Assembly: GCA_965203905.1 (NCBI GenBank)
Contig: CBDBDQ010000005.1
Location: forward strand, 5,504,001 to 5,568,000
Origin: Spirochaetia bacterium
Lineage (GTDB): Bacteria > Spirochaetota > Spirochaetia > SZUA-6 > Bin103
DNA: 64,000 bases
Direction of reading: 5' to 3'
The notes under the pieces are model-generated. The model did no database searches. It had not been told where the DNA came from and saw nothing but the letters and a program-made list of their open reading frames with translations. How positions within the stretch are numbered: the stretch's first letter is position 1; every line of letters starts with the position of its first letter. A program made the translations under genes and the position numbers. This document shows positions 45,492 through 56,462 of this stretch, one piece after another.

Positions 45492-48400
45492 ATGAGCGAC
45501 GACAAGCCCAAGGCCACCCCCGAGCGTCCCCTCGAGCCGCAGGACTCCGAAGAAAAACGGAGGCCCAAGGCTACCCTCATCAAGCGCAAGCCCGAGCCGC
45601 CCAAGGCGGTGGAGGCGGTCGCGCACCAGGATCGTGACCGGCACGAAGGCGGCCGGGCCGACGGGGCTCGTCCGGACACCGAGCGCCGGCGGATTGTCGT
45701 CGTCAAGAAGTCGCGACGGGCGGTGGTGCTCAAGCGCAAACCGTCTACGGCGCCGGCGCCCGGGCCCGAGCCGGCCGCGAAGGCGCCCGCGCGCGAGTCC
45801 CGCCCTGCGGCGGCCGCGGGCGAACCGCACCAGGCACCGGCAAAACAGCGACCGGCTGCGCCGCGCCCGGCTCCCGCGGCGACGTCGCCCCAGCCACCGT
45901 CTGCACCGCGGCCGTCGCCCAGCGCGTCGGCTCCGCCTGCCGCGAAGCGACCGCCGGGTGCCCACGACAGCGGCAGCGCCGCCTCGGCGCCGGCGCGCGC
46001 CGACCGGTCGAGCCCGGAGCGGCCGGCCACGGGCGTCGATCCGAAGCGTCGTCCGGAGGGTCCCAGCCGGCGCCCGCCGCCAGCGTCGCGCCCTGCGCCC
46101 GCGCAGCCGCCGGGACGGAGAGAGGATCGTTCCGCCGGCGCCGGACCGCCGCGCGACGCCGCAGCGGGAAGGTTCGGTCCGGGCCGCCGCCTGACCTCTT
46201 CCGCCGATCGCATCCGGGCGGCGGAGGAGCCGTTGCGGCCGATTTCCCGGGCCCGGGACAGCGATCAGCCGCTCCCGGAGATCCGCGACCGTTTCCGCCG
46301 GCGCCCGGCGCCGCGCACACCGGGGCGCGGACGCATGCCGCCGCCGCGTACCGGCGGTTTCCGGACACCAGGCGAGCGTGGCCCCGGAGGCGGGAGGCCA
46401 TCAGCGAGCGGCCCGCGCGGTGCCGGCGCGCCGTTGCGCAGTCGTCCCCCTGCGGGACGCGGCGGCGGCAGACTCGGACCGCCGCGTGGCGGTGGACCAC
46501 GTGGCGGCGGGCCGTCGGCGCCACCCATCAGCGACGGGCGCACCGGCGGCAAGAAGTTCTTCCGTACCAAGCGCCGCAGCAGCGTGGGCTACCACATCGG
46601 ACCGGAGGAGCACGAGGAGAAGATCTCCCTCACCCGCAAGAAACCGGTACCGGTTGCCAACCCGGTGCCCAAGGAGATCGACATTCTCGAGGTGATCACG
46701 GTCTCGGAACTGGCCCGCAAGCTGAATCTCAAGGCCTCCGACCTGATCGCCAAGCTGATGGCCATGGGCACCATGGTTACCATCAATCAGCAGATCGACG
46801 CCGATACCGCCACCCTGTTGGCGGACGAGTACGGTTGCAAGGTCAACGTGGTCTCCCTGTTCGACGAGACGGTCATCGAGGAGGATGAGGACACCGCCGA
46901 GAACATGCAGCCGCGGCCTCCCATCGTCACCATCATGGGACATGTCGATCACGGCAAGACCAAGCTGCTCGATGCCATTCGCCAGACCAACGTGGCCGAT
47001 GCAGAGGCGGGGGGCATTACCCAGCATATCGGCGCCTATTCGGTCGAAACGCCGCGCGGTCGCATCGCGTTTCTGGACACCCCGGGGCACGCGGCGTTCA
47101 CCGAGATGCGCGCCCGCGGGGCACGGCTCACCGACATCGTGGTGCTGGTGGTGGCCGCCGACGACGGCCTGATGCCGCAGACCGTCGAGGCCATCAACCA
47201 TGCCAAGGCGGCGAACGTCCCCATTATCGTGGCGGTCAACAAGATCGACCTGCCAGACGCCAATCCGGAGCGTGTCAGGCAGCAGCTGTCCGGCCATGAG
47301 CTCATCTCCGAGGAGTGGGGCGGCTCGACGCTGTTCAACGAGATTTCAGCACTGAACGGGACCGGGATCGAGGAGCTGCTGGACAACATCCTGTTGCAGG
47401 CCGAGTTGATGGAGCTCAAGGCCAACTACCAGGCGCGTGCGGTGGGCCGGGTAGTGGAGTCCGCGGTGGATCTCGGGCGCGGCATCGTGGCAACCGTGAT
47501 GATTCAGAAGGGCACCCTGCGTACCGGCGACTCCTTCGTCGGCGGCGTGTTCCCCGGCAAGGTGCGGGCCATGTTTACCGACCGTGGCGAGCGCGTTGCC
47601 GAAGCGACGCCTGCGCAGCCGATTCAGATCGTCGGGCTTGCCGGGTTGCCGGAGGCCGGCGATCCGTTCCAGGCCACCGAGAATGAAAAGACCGCGCGTC
47701 AGGTGGGTGCCAAGCGTCAGGAACTGAAGAAAGCGGAAGAGGCCCAGAACGTTACCAAGGTTACCCTGGACAACCTCTACCAGCAGATCAGCGAAGGCGA
47801 GGCCAAGGAGCTCAAGCTCATCATCAAGGGCGATGTCCACGGCTCGGTGGAAGCGTTGCGGAGCGCTCTCGAACGCCTCAGCACCGCCGAAATCAAGTTG
47901 AGCGTAATTCACTCGGCGGCCGGCGCGGTGAACAAGGACGATGTGGCGCTGGCATCGGCGTCGAATGCGATCATCGTCGGCTTTCACATCCGTCCCGCGC
48001 CCAACGCTCAGGCGCTGGCCGAGCAGGAAAAAGTGGAAATACGGAAGTACGACATCATCTACGAGGTGATCGATGACGTCCGCGCCGCCATGGAGGGTCT
48101 GCTGACACCGGACATCCTCGAGGATACGGTCGGCAGCGTGGAGGTGCGCGAGCTGTTCCGTATTTCACGAGTCGGTACCATTGCCGGCAGCTACGTGATA
48201 TCGGGAACGGTGCGCCGCGGCGCACTCGCCCAGGTGATACGCGACGGCCGCCCCGTGTACCGCGGCAAGATCGTCACCCTGCGGCGCTTCAAGGACGACG
48301 TGCGCGAAGTGGAGTCGGGCTTCGAGTGCGGCATTCGCATCGAAGGCTTCAACGACGTCAAGGCAGGCGATACCATCGACGTCATCGAACAGCGTACGGT

Positions 48401-48497
48401 AGCCAGGAAACTCGGCGAGCCGACCACCAACGGTACGGTTCGGCCGGCGCGGGAAAGGCGTCCACAGCATGTCGGAACTCCGGCTGAGAAGGGTTGA
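45492..48497 (+). CDS. infB: Translation initiation factor IF-2 with a long Pro/Arg/Gly-rich N-terminus
   Basis: Motifs [21 protein letters not shown] and NKID. Confidence 0.98.
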   Translation: MSDDKPKATPERPLEPQDSEEKRRPKATLIKRKPEPPKAVEAVAHQDRDRHEGGRADGARPDTERRRIVVVKKSRRAVVLKRKPSTAPAPGPEPAAKAPARESRPAAAAGEPHQAPAKQRPAAPRPAPAATSPQPPSAPRPSPSASAPPAAKRPPGAHDSGSAASAPARADRSSPERPATGVDPKRRPEGPSRRPPPASRPAPAQPPGRREDRSAGAGPPRDAAAGRFGPGRRLTSSADRIRAAEEPLRPISRARDSDQPLPEIRDRFRRRPAPRTPGRGRMPPPRTGGFRTPGERGPGGGRPSASGPRGAGAPLRSRPPAGRGGGRLGPPRGGGPRGGGPSAPPISDGRTGGKKFFRTKRRSSVGYHIGPEEHEEKISLTRKKPVPVANPVPKEIDILEVITVSELARKLNLKASDLIAKLMAMGTMVTINQQIDADTATLLADEYGCKVNVVSLFDETVIEEDEDTAENMQPRPPIVTIMGHVDHGKTKLLDAIRQTNVADAEAGGITQHIGAYSVETPRGRIAFLDTPGHAAFTEMRARGARLTDIVVLVVAADDGLMPQTVEAINHAKAANVPIIVAVNKIDLPDANPERVRQQLSGHELISEEWGGSTLFNEISALNGTGIEELLDNILLQAELMELKANYQARAVGRVVESAVDLGRGIVATVMIQKGTLRTGDSFVGGVFPGKVRAMFTDRGERVAEATPAQPIQIVGLAGLPEAGDPFQATENEKTARQVGAKRQELKKAEEAQNVTKVTLDNLYQQISEGEAKELKLIIKGDVHGSVEALRSALERLSTAEIKLSVIHSAAGAVNKDDVALASASNAIIVGFHIRPAPNAQALAEQEKVEIRKYDIIYEVIDDVRAAMEGLLTPDILEDTVGSVEVRELFRISRVGTIAGSYVISGTVRRGALAQVIRDGRPVYRGKIVTLRRFKDDVREVESGFECGIRIEGFNDVKAGDTIDVIEQRTVARKLGEPTTNGTVRPARERRPQHVGTPAEKG

Positions 48498-48816
48498 GAG
48501 CTTTCTCGGCGCCGAGATAAGCCGCCTGATCAGCAGCAACACGCTCAAGGATCCCAGGGTCGACTCGTTGGTAACCGTTGCCGGGGTCCGTGTGGCCAAG
48601 GACCTGACGTCGGCACGGGTCTACGTTTCCTATTACGGCGATCAGCAGGTACTTGCCGCCACCGTGGCCGCCCTCAACCATGCCGCCGGATTCATCCAGG
48701 CCCGCATCGGGCGCCAGTTGCGGATGCGGCATACGCCCAGGTTGCGGTTCATCGCCGATACCTCGATCCTGGACGGATTCCGCGTTACCCAGCAGCTCAA
48801 GGACGTGAAGCGCTGA
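48469..48816 (+). CDS. rbfA: Ribosome-binding factor A
   Basis: Motifs KDPR, DL..A.VY and R.TP.L.F..D.S. Confidence 0.95.
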   Translation: MSELRLRRVESFLGAEISRLISSNTLKDPRVDSLVTVAGVRVAKDLTSARVYVSYYGDQQVLAATVAALNHAAGFIQARIGRQLRMRHTPRLRFIADTSILDGFRVTQQLKDVKR

Positions 48817-48827
48817 CCGGCAGTCGT

Positions 48828-49715
48828 GTGGCGACGCTGCCGATGGGCGGCCTGGTGCTCTTGGACAAACCGGAAGGAGTATCCAGCTTCCAGTGCCTCG
48901 GACCGATCAAGCGGGCACTCGGCTCGCGGCGGGTAGGCCACATCGGCACCCTGGACCCGTTCGCCAGCGGCCTGCTCGGTGCCGTCACCCAGCGCGCTAC
49001 CCGCCTCGCGCCGCTGTTGAACGGGCTGGAAAAGCGCTATCGGGCGGTGATCCGGTTCGGTGTCGAAACCGATACCCTGGACCCGGAGGGGAGTGTGGTG
49101 CACGAGGCGCCGGTGCCCGATCTGGCCCGCATCCGGCGAGCGCTGCCGGCGCTGACGGGCCGCCTGCGCCAGCGGCCGCCCATGTTCTCGGCGGTACAGG
49201 TGGGTGGCCAGCGCGCCTACGCCATGGCACGTCGTGGCCAGGAGCCCGATCTGCCGGTGCGCGAGGTAGCGGTGACGGCGGTGGATCTGGTGCACTGGCG
49301 GGCCCCGGAGCTGACGGTGACGTTGACCGGCAGTGCAGGCATGTACGTACGCTCGTGGGCGCGCGACCTGGGGCGTGCGGCCGGCTCGTGTGCTTACGTG
49401 GTGCGGCTGAGGCGCGTGGCGATCGGCCCCTTCGGAAACGGCGAGGCGCTGGCCCCCGACCAGTTCCAGCCGCAACACGTGCTGCCGCCGGCGGCTTTCC
49501 TGAGCCGTCTTCCGGGGGTGCGAAGGCTTCGAGTAAGGACGCGGTTCCGACAGTGCCTGGTGCGCGGGCAGCCGATCGGGGCCGAAATGTTCACCGCCGT
49601 GCCGGCGCCGGATGCGGGCCCCTACGCGGTGTTCGACGCGGATGAGCGCCTGCTGGCGGTGTTGCGCCGGAATCCCGATGGGTGGAGCTATGTCGGCGTG
49701 TTTGCGGACCGCTAG
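48828..49715 (+). CDS. truB: tRNA pseudouridine(55) synthase
   Basis: Motifs DKP.G.SS, GH.GTLDP.ASG, PP.FSA and G.YVRS. Confidence 0.96.
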   Translation: MATLPMGGLVLLDKPEGVSSFQCLGPIKRALGSRRVGHIGTLDPFASGLLGAVTQRATRLAPLLNGLEKRYRAVIRFGVETDTLDPEGSVVHEAPVPDLARIRRALPALTGRLRQRPPMFSAVQVGGQRAYAMARRGQEPDLPVREVAVTAVDLVHWRAPELTVTLTGSAGMYVRSWARDLGRAAGSCAYVVRLRRVAIGPFGNGEALAPDQFQPQHVLPPAAFLSRLPGVRRLRVRTRFRQCLVRGQPIGAEMFTAVPAPDAGPYAVFDADERLLAVLRRNPDGWSYVGVFADR

Positions 49716-49746
49716 CAACGCAGGACCGATGAGGCTGGTGCGATAA

Positions 49747-50766
49747 ATGGTCGTCATCACGTGGGACGATCTGATCGCAGATCGTCGCGCCATCCGGGGT
49801 CCCGTGGCATTGACCATCGGTACCTTCGACGGGGTCCATCGCGGTCACCGCGAGATCTTGCGACGGCTGGCGGAATGTGGCGACATGCACCGGGTAGTGT
49901 TGACGTTTCGCCAGCATCCCCGTTCGGTACTGACCCGGCAGCACCCGGGTACGCTTACCACGTTGCGTCAACGCCGGGAGCGGTTCGCCGCGCTGGGCGT
50001 GACGCATCTGGTACTGATTGACTTTTCCGCCCAGTTCAGTAGACTATCTGGCAGAGAGTTCATCGTTGCGCTCCTGCGCGCCATGTCTCTCCGTAAGTTG
50101 GTGGTCGGTGTGGATTTTCGCTGCGGCCGTGGGCGCGACACCGACGTCGATGAATTACAGCGGCTCTTGGCTTCGGCGGGAGTTCAGGTTGTCGTCGTTC
50201 CTCCGGTACGGGTGGGCGGCGATTCTGATGCCCGGACTGTCGTTGGTAGTGGCATCGCCGCTCAGAGCGGTGCTGTGGCCGCTAACAGCGGGGCTACGGT
50301 CGCCGACCGCGGCACCGGGGTCGTTAGCAGCACAAGGATTCGGGCGTCGGTGCGGGCAGGGAACTTCGCAGCGACCCAAGAGATGATGGGCGTGCCGTTC
50401 GAGGTTGACCTTCGTGGGGTGGTTGCAGTGCCGCTACGAGCGTTGCTGCCACGACCAGTGCCTGCCAGCGGGTCCGCGGTTGACCGCGGGACCAACCGCT
50501 GGTGTATCGCCACGGAGCAGTTGGAGCAGATTCTCCCACAACCAGGGGTCTATGCCGCCTCCATGGTGGTAGTCGGCGGCGGCATGGTTGCCACCGAGGT
50601 CGAAGTAGCGCCCGACGGTGTGCACTATGAACTGCCGGGCTGTGAATCGGCTGAAACGGATTGCATCCCTCTGGCCTTGCGTTTTCACCGGCGGGTCGCC
50701 ACCCATCGCGGGGAGCAACCGGTTGCGGCAGACGGCGTGCCAGTCGCATCACGAGTACAGGAGTAG
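49747..50766 (+). CDS. ribF: FAD synthetase (RibF-like) with a degenerate riboflavin-kinase half
   Basis: Motifs IG.FDGVH.GH, VG.DF.CG and VSST.IR are present. The GR.(L/I)G.PTAN kinase motif is absent; only LP..GVYA remains. Confidence 0.85.
   Translation: MVVITWDDLIADRRAIRGPVALTIGTFDGVHRGHREILRRLAECGDMHRVVLTFRQHPRSVLTRQHPGTLTTLRQRRERFAALGVTHLVLIDFSAQFSRLSGREFIVALLRAMSLRKLVVGVDFRCGRGRDTDVDELQRLLASAGVQVVVVPPVRVGGDSDARTVVGSGIAAQSGAVAANSGATVADRGTGVVSSTRIRASVRAGNFAATQEMMGVPFEVDLRGVVAVPLRALLPRPVPASGSAVDRGTNRWCIATEQLEQILPQPGVYAASMVVVGGGMVATEVEVAPDGVHYELPGCESAETDCIPLALRFHRRVATHRGEQPVAADGVPVASRVQE
50018..50045 (+). promoter_or_regulatory. Candidate internal promoter in ribF (TTGACT-N16-TAGACT) for rpsO-pnp
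   Basis: Formed by rare codons (ATT GAC TTT ... AGT AGA CTA). The ribF-rpsO gap is only 8 nt. Confidence 0.45.
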
Positions 50767-50774
50767 TAAGGATA

Positions 50775-51056
50775 TTGGCTCTGGAAGCAAAGGAAGTAAC
50801 GGCGATCATCAGTGAGTTCGGTGCTGATGACGACAGTAGCGGACGTGATACCGGGCGCACGGAAGTACAGATTGCGTTGCTCACGCGGCGTATTCAACAG
50901 TTGACCGAACACTTTCGCGACCACCGCAAGGACCACGCCTCCCGTCGCGGCCTGTTGAAGCTGGTAGGCAAGCGGCGCCGGCTCCTGCGCTACTTGCGCA
51001 ACACCAACCTGGAGCGCTACCGCGCGATTCTGGCCGCCCTCGGCCTGCGCCGTTAG
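50775..51056 (+). CDS. rpsO: 30S ribosomal protein S15
   Basis: Motifs [13 protein letters not shown] and H.KDH.SRRGL...VG.RRRLL.YL. TTG start after AAGGA. Confidence 0.96.
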   Translation: MALEAKEVTAIISEFGADDDSSGRDTGRTEVQIALLTRRIQQLTEHFRDHRKDHASRRGLLKLVGKRRRLLRYLRNTNLERYRAILAALGLRR

Positions 51057-51078
51057 CGGCGCTGACGGGCGCTGGTAC

Positions 51079-51149
51079 GCGTCGGAAGCGCGTCGCGGCG
51101 GACGCCTCCGACCGCGGCCGGCCGTGGCACGGGTCCACGGTGCCGACGC
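51079..51149 (+). other. Structured rpsO-pnp intergenic RNA (stem-loops)
   Basis: Pairings gtcgga/tccgac, gcgtc/gacgc, ccgtgg/ccacgg and an alternative gcgtcgg/ccgacgc. Confidence 0.4.
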
Positions 51150-51174
51150 AAAGAAGCAGACAAGGAACTGACTA

Positions 51175-53508
51175 ATGTTACAACGAGTTAGCTGCCAAGT
51201 GGGCAGCCAGGAATTGATTCTGGAGACCGGACGCCTGGCGCGTCAGGCGAATGGCGCCGTCTACGCAGAGTATGGCGGGTCAGCCGTGCTCGCCACGGTA
51301 TGCTGTTCGGAAGACACCATCGAGGGACTGGACTACGTACCGCTGCAGGTGGAGTACAACGAAAAGGCGTACGCGGCCGGCAAGATACCGGGATCGATCT
51401 TCAAGCGCGAGGGGCGGCCCAAGGATCGCGAGATCCTGGTGTCGCGGCTCATCGACCGGCCCCTGCGGCCGCTGTTCAGCAAGGCGTTCAAGCGTGACAT
51501 CCAACTTGTGCCCACGGTGATCTCCGCCGATCAGGAGAACCCCCCGGACGTCGTTGCGATGGTGGCGGCGTCGGCGGCGGTGGCGGTCTCCGACATACCG
51601 TTCGACGGTCCGGTAGGTGCCGTGCGCGTCGCCGAAGTGAATGGCGAGTTGCTGGTCAACCCGACCTACGAGCAGCGCGACGGGGCGAGCCTGGAGATCG
51701 TGGTTGCGGGCACGGACACCGGAATCACCATGGTCGAGGGCGGCGCCGACGAGGCCAGCGAGGAACGCATGGTGGAGGCCGTGACCCTGGCCCACGAGCG
51801 CATCAAGGAGCTGTGCGCGTTGCAGCTCGAACTGGTCACCGCGGCTCGCCGCGGCGACAAGCTGCCGCTGCCGCCCGCTCCGGCGCCGCTGGCGGTACGC
51901 GACGACCTGTGGCAGTGGGCGCTGCCGAAGATGCAAGAGGCGTGCTTCGTCAAGGGCAAGTTCGAGCGCACCGACGCGATCAAGGAAGTCAACGCCGCCG
52001 CCCTCGACCAGTTCGCGGATCGCATTGCGGAGGACGAGCGGGGTCGAGCTGACGCGCTGTTGGAGGAGCTGGAGACCCACGTGGTACGCGAGTCGATCCT
52101 GTCACGGCAGGTGCGGACTGACGGCCGTGGTCCTGACGACATTCGTCCGATCACCTGTGAGATCGACGTGCTGCCGCGGGCTCACGGCGCCGCCCTGTTC
52201 ACCCGCGGCGAGACCCAGTCCCTGGCGCTGACCACGCTGGGCAGCGAGAGCGACGAGCTGCGCGTCCTGGATGCCTTGGAGACCGATCAGGACACCCGCA
52301 AGGGCTTCATGCTGCATTACAACTTTCCGCCCTTCTCGGTGGGAGAGACCGGGCGGCTCGGTACCGGACGTCGCGAGGTCGGTCACGGCCACCTGGCCGA
52401 GCGGGCGCTGGAGGGGATGATTCCGCCCAAGGAGGAGTTCCCCTACACGATCCGCCTGGTCTCCGAGATCCTGGAGTCCAACGGCTCTTCCTCGATGGCG
52501 TCGGTGTGCGGCGGAACCTTGAGTCTGCTCAACGCGGGCGTGCCGATCAAGAAGTCGGTGGCCGGCATCGCCATGGGGCTGGTAACCGACGGCGACCGCC
52601 ACGTGGTGCTCAGCGACATCCTCGGCGAGGAGGATCACCTCGGCGACATGGACTTCAAGGTTGCCGGTACCGAGGATGGCATCACCGCCTTTCAGATGGA
52701 CATCAAGGTAGCCGGGGTGGACCGCTCCGTGTTGCAGCAGGCGCTGGAAAGGGCCAAGGCGGGACGCCTCAAGATACTGGAGATCATGGCCGCCACCATC
52801 GCCACCCCGCGGCGGGAGATTTCCGACCATGCCCCCAAGATCATGTCCACCTCCATCCCGGAGGACAAGATCGGCGCCTTGATCGGTCCCGGCGGAGCCA
52901 ACATTCGCTCGATTACCGAGCAGAGCGGGGCGGATGTAAACATCCGCGACGACGGCACCGTGCTGATCTACGCGCGACGCAAGCAGGGTGCGGACAAGGC
53001 CTTGCAGTTGATCGAAGCCGCGGTCGAGGAGCCCGAGGTCGGCAAGGATTACGACGGAGTCGTAAAGCGCATCATGGACTTTGGCGCGTTCGTCGAGTTC
53101 CTCCCCGGCAAGGAGGGCTTGCTGCACATCTCCAAGATTGCCCGCGAGCATGTCGACTCGGTATCCGATGTGCTGGAGCTCGGCCAGGAGGTACGGGTGC
53201 GGCTGATCGAAATCGACCGTCTCGGACGCGCCAACCTGGCCAACGCCGATGCGTTCGACAGCGACGAACTGCCGGTAGGCCGCTTCGCCGACTCGCGTCC
53301 GGCCCTGGCAAATCGCCGCGGCAATGGCGGCCGCCCCGGCGACGGCGGCCGCTCGCGTGACGGGCGGCGCGACGGCGGCCGGCGTGATGGAGGCTGGGGG
53401 CGCGACGGAAACCGCGATCGCCGGTCCGACCGTGGACGCCCGCCGCGCCGTGGCCGCGACCGCGATCGCGGGCGTTCCGACTCGGGCCATCACCGGAGCG
53501 ACGGTTGA
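51175..53508 (+). CDS. pnp: Polyribonucleotide nucleotidyltransferase
   Basis: Motifs KREGRP, RLIDR.LRP, RRE.GHG.LA, SNGSSS and DMDFKVAG, plus KH and S1 domains. Confidence 0.98.
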   Translation: MLQRVSCQVGSQELILETGRLARQANGAVYAEYGGSAVLATVCCSEDTIEGLDYVPLQVEYNEKAYAAGKIPGSIFKREGRPKDREILVSRLIDRPLRPLFSKAFKRDIQLVPTVISADQENPPDVVAMVAASAAVAVSDIPFDGPVGAVRVAEVNGELLVNPTYEQRDGASLEIVVAGTDTGITMVEGGADEASEERMVEAVTLAHERIKELCALQLELVTAARRGDKLPLPPAPAPLAVRDDLWQWALPKMQEACFVKGKFERTDAIKEVNAAALDQFADRIAEDERGRADALLEELETHVVRESILSRQVRTDGRGPDDIRPITCEIDVLPRAHGAALFTRGETQSLALTTLGSESDELRVLDALETDQDTRKGFMLHYNFPPFSVGETGRLGTGRREVGHGHLAERALEGMIPPKEEFPYTIRLVSEILESNGSSSMASVCGGTLSLLNAGVPIKKSVAGIAMGLVTDGDRHVVLSDILGEEDHLGDMDFKVAGTEDGITAFQMDIKVAGVDRSVLQQALERAKAGRLKILEIMAATIATPRREISDHAPKIMSTSIPEDKIGALIGPGGANIRSITEQSGADVNIRDDGTVLIYARRKQGADKALQLIEAAVEEPEVGKDYDGVVKRIMDFGAFVEFLPGKEGLLHISKIAREHVDSVSDVLELGQEVRVRLIEIDRLGRANLANADAFDSDELPVGRFADSRPALANRRGNGGRPGDGGRSRDGRRDGGRRDGGWGRDGNRDRRSDRGRPPRRGRDRDRGRSDSGHHRSDG

Positions 53509-54764
53509 TAGAGCAGGGGACGCTTGCCAACGGCGTCACCCTGCTGTGCGAGCCCGTCGCCACCACGGCGACTTGCTCGATCGGTTTCTGGTACCCGAGC
53601 GGCTCGCGCGATGAGTGCTCCGATGAGCGCGGGTACGCTCACTTCCTGGAACACATGCTGTTCAAGGGCACCGCGCGGCGCACCGCGCTGGACATCGCGC
53701 TGCAGGTGGATCGCGTCGGTGGTTCCATCAATGCTTTCACCGACAAGGAGACCACCTGCTTCTACTGTACCCTGCCGGCCGACCACACCGAGCTGGCGCT
53801 GGACATACTGTGCGACATGGTCAGTCACGCCACCCTGGCCGAGGAGGAGATAGTCAAGGAAAAGGTAGTGGTGAGCAACGAGATCCGCGCCGCCGAGGAC
53901 TCTCCGGACGAGCAGGGCTACCAGCTGTACCTGGAGGGCCTGTGGCGTTCCCATCCGCTGGCGGCCCGGGTCGCCGGTGTGGTGGCTGACGTAGACCGTA
54001 TAGAAGCCACGAATCTCGCTACGTTCTACCGCAGCCGCTACCATCCCCGGCACCTGATCGTGGCCGCCGCGGGAGCGCTGGACTTCGACCGGATGGCGCA
54101 CGCCCTGAGCGAACACCTGGCGCCCGACGGGGAGGAAGCTCCGGGTATGTCGCGGCAGAGGCCGACGTGCTACGTGTCGCGGGAGTACACCCGTGGGCAC
54201 TATCAGCAGGCGCACGTGTACCTCGGCACCACCCTCGAACCGAGTGCCGATCTCGACACCTACCTCGCTCTGGTGCTGCTCTCCACGGCGTTCGGCGAGT
54301 CGATGAGCTCGCGGCTGTTTCAGCACATCCGGGAGGATCGGGGACTGTGCTATTCGGTGGAGTCCTTTCGCAGCCACTACTCCGATATCTGGGGCTGGGG
54401 AATCTACGCCAATGCCATGCCGGAGCTGGCCCCACGGCTGCTGGTAGCCTTGAACGAGGAGTTGCATCGCCTGGCCGACGAGCCGCTCACCTGCGAGGAA
54501 GTGGAGGCAGCCATCAGCCACATCACCGGCAGCATGGTGTTCGCCAAAGAGGACATGGAGACCCGTATGAAGCGCCTGGCCGGGCAGTATCAGATGTTCG
54601 GCCGGGTAATCGAGATGGATCAGTCGGCACGCCTGCTGCGCTCGGTCACGGCACGGGATGTCGCCGCGCTGACGGCACGTCTGATACGGCCGGGCCAGTT
54701 CAATCTTCTCGCCTACGGCACCCGGAACATGAACGATCTGCGTCGTGTCCCGTTCGACTGGTAG
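53505..54764 (+). CDS. M16 family (pitrilysin/MPP-like) zinc peptidase
   Basis: Motifs AHFLEHMLFKGT (HxxEH), NAFT..E and SSRLF..IRE.RGL.Y. Confidence 0.93.
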   Translation: MIEQGTLANGVTLLCEPVATTATCSIGFWYPSGSRDECSDERGYAHFLEHMLFKGTARRTALDIALQVDRVGGSINAFTDKETTCFYCTLPADHTELALDILCDMVSHATLAEEEIVKEKVVVSNEIRAAEDSPDEQGYQLYLEGLWRSHPLAARVAGVVADVDRIEATNLATFYRSRYHPRHLIVAAAGALDFDRMAHALSEHLAPDGEEAPGMSRQRPTCYVSREYTRGHYQQAHVYLGTTLEPSADLDTYLALVLLSTAFGESMSSRLFQHIREDRGLCYSVESFRSHYSDIWGWGIYANAMPELAPRLLVALNEELHRLADEPLTCEEVEAAISHITGSMVFAKEDMETRMKRLAGQYQMFGRVIEMDQSARLLRSVTARDVAALTARLIRPGQFNLLAYGTRNMNDLRRVPFDW

Positions 54765-54828
54765 CGGAAGGTAAGGCTGAGCGAGAAGCGGCGCCGCCGG
54801 CGACGGTTCTGGGGCTCCGCACGGAGGT

Positions 54829-56457
54829 TTGACGATGGGCGGGAAACCGCGGCGCCGGGTTGCGGGGTGGCGATCGCATGCGACGCTGGTGGTGTGGGCT
54901 GCCATGTTTGGCGTTGCCGTCACCTGTGCCGACCTGGCATTTGCCAGCCCGGCACTGACCCCCGCGGCTTCCGAGCTGATCGAGAGCGCACGCGCGTCGC
55001 TTGCCGCCGGTGACCCGGACGCCGCCGCCGCCGCCCTGCGCCGGCTCCGTCTGCACTACCCCGAGTCCCCGCTGGCTGCCGAGGCACTGCTGTTGTCGGC
55101 GACGGTCGCCGGAGTTCGGAACAACGCCTATCAGGAACGCTTCTTTCTGGCCGAGACGCGGCGCGCAGTGCGCCGCCTGATGGACAAGGGGTTGCTGTCC
55201 GGCACGGTCGCCAACGACTACCATCTGCAGACGACGAGCCGTCTGGCGCAACTGCTGGAGGCCGAACGCGATTACGCCGGTGCACTGGGCAACTACGAGG
55301 AAGCGATCGCCCTGCTGGCGGCGCGTCTGGACTCGCGCGCCGATTCGCGCGCCGACTCCGCCGCCGCGCCCAGCCCCGCGCGGCGCCTCGCGCGGCTGCG
55401 CCTGGCCGCGGCGCACCTGGCGTACCGGCACGGGGTCGGGGTTGGCGGAGACGCCGAGCGCCACTTCGATCAGGTGGACCTGGCCGAGCTGGGGGCCGAC
55501 GCCGTACCGAGGTACCGGGAACTGGCACGCGGGTTGATGTGGGAACATCTGACGCCGCGTCAGCTCGGTATGGGGGATGGCAACATCTCCGCGATTGCCA
55601 CCGACGGCGACGATGTGTGGGTGGGGACCTGGACCGGCGGACTGGTCCGCTACACCCGGTCCACCGGCCGGCGGGAGGTATTTCGCGAGGGTCCGGAGTC
55701 GCTGCTCTCACGCCGAGTACGTGACATCCACCCGTTAGGCGGCTACGTCTGGGTGGGAACCGATGAGGGACTCTCGGTGTACGCGCGCTCCAGCAGCCGC
55801 TGGCGCCAGGAGCCGGTCCTCGGCGGGGAGGAGCGCAGCCCGGTGGTGGCGGTCGTCGACGCCGGCGGGATCGTGTACGCAGGAACGTTGGGACAAGGCC
55901 TGTGGCGACACGACGCCTCCGGGTGGAGTCGCGTCGGCCACGACTCGCTGCCGGGGCTGTTCATCAACGCTCTGCTGGTGGTCGACCAGACCTTGTGGAT
56001 CGGAACGATCGACCTTGGGCTGGTGAGCCTTGATCTGCGCAGCGGCACGCTGCGCAGCTTCGACGCAGTAAATGCGTCACTCGGCCCGCAGAACGTCACC
56101 GCCATCGTGGCGGAGGATGACCTGACGCTGTGGATCGGGACGTTCGGGGCCGGGTTGTATCGCTGGGAGGCGGACACGAACCGCATCACGCACTTCAGCG
56201 CTGCCTCCGGTCAGATTCCCGACGACTGGATATTGGCTGCGGCGGTGGGCGATGCCGGGTTGTACTTCGGTACCTTCGGCGGTGGCGCGGTGCGCTACGA
56301 TCCGCACCGGGAGACATGGGCCGCCATCAGCCTGGAGCAGGGCCTGACGTCGCTGAATGTCGCGGTGGTCGCTGCGGCGCGTGGACGGATCTACTTCGGC
56401 ACGCTCGGAGCCGGGGTGGCGATTCTGTCGGAAGCGCGCAGCGTACATGGGCTCTGA
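54829..56457 (+). CDS. Secreted TPR/helical plus beta-propeller (two-component regulator propeller-like) protein
   Basis: Signal peptide, then YP.S..A..A TPR-like helices, then about seven W(V/I)GT..G.G repeats. Confidence 0.7.
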   Translation: MTMGGKPRRRVAGWRSHATLVVWAAMFGVAVTCADLAFASPALTPAASELIESARASLAAGDPDAAAAALRRLRLHYPESPLAAEALLLSATVAGVRNNAYQERFFLAETRRAVRRLMDKGLLSGTVANDYHLQTTSRLAQLLEAERDYAGALGNYEEAIALLAARLDSRADSRADSAAAPSPARRLARLRLAAAHLAYRHGVGVGGDAERHFDQVDLAELGADAVPRYRELARGLMWEHLTPRQLGMGDGNISAIATDGDDVWVGTWTGGLVRYTRSTGRREVFREGPESLLSRRVRDIHPLGGYVWVGTDEGLSVYARSSSRWRQEPVLGGEERSPVVAVVDAGGIVYAGTLGQGLWRHDASGWSRVGHDSLPGLFINALLVVDQTLWIGTIDLGLVSLDLRSGTLRSFDAVNASLGPQNVTAIVAEDDLTLWIGTFGAGLYRWEADTNRITHFSAASGQIPDDWILAAAVGDAGLYFGTFGGGAVRYDPHRETWAAISLEQGLTSLNVAVVAAARGRIYFGTLGAGVAILSEARSVHGL

Positions 56458-56462
56458 CCGAC

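Noticed and set aside
55330-55366. 12-bp tandem repeat (DSRA DSRA DSAA)
   Set aside because: It is a short in-frame linker expansion with no further signal.
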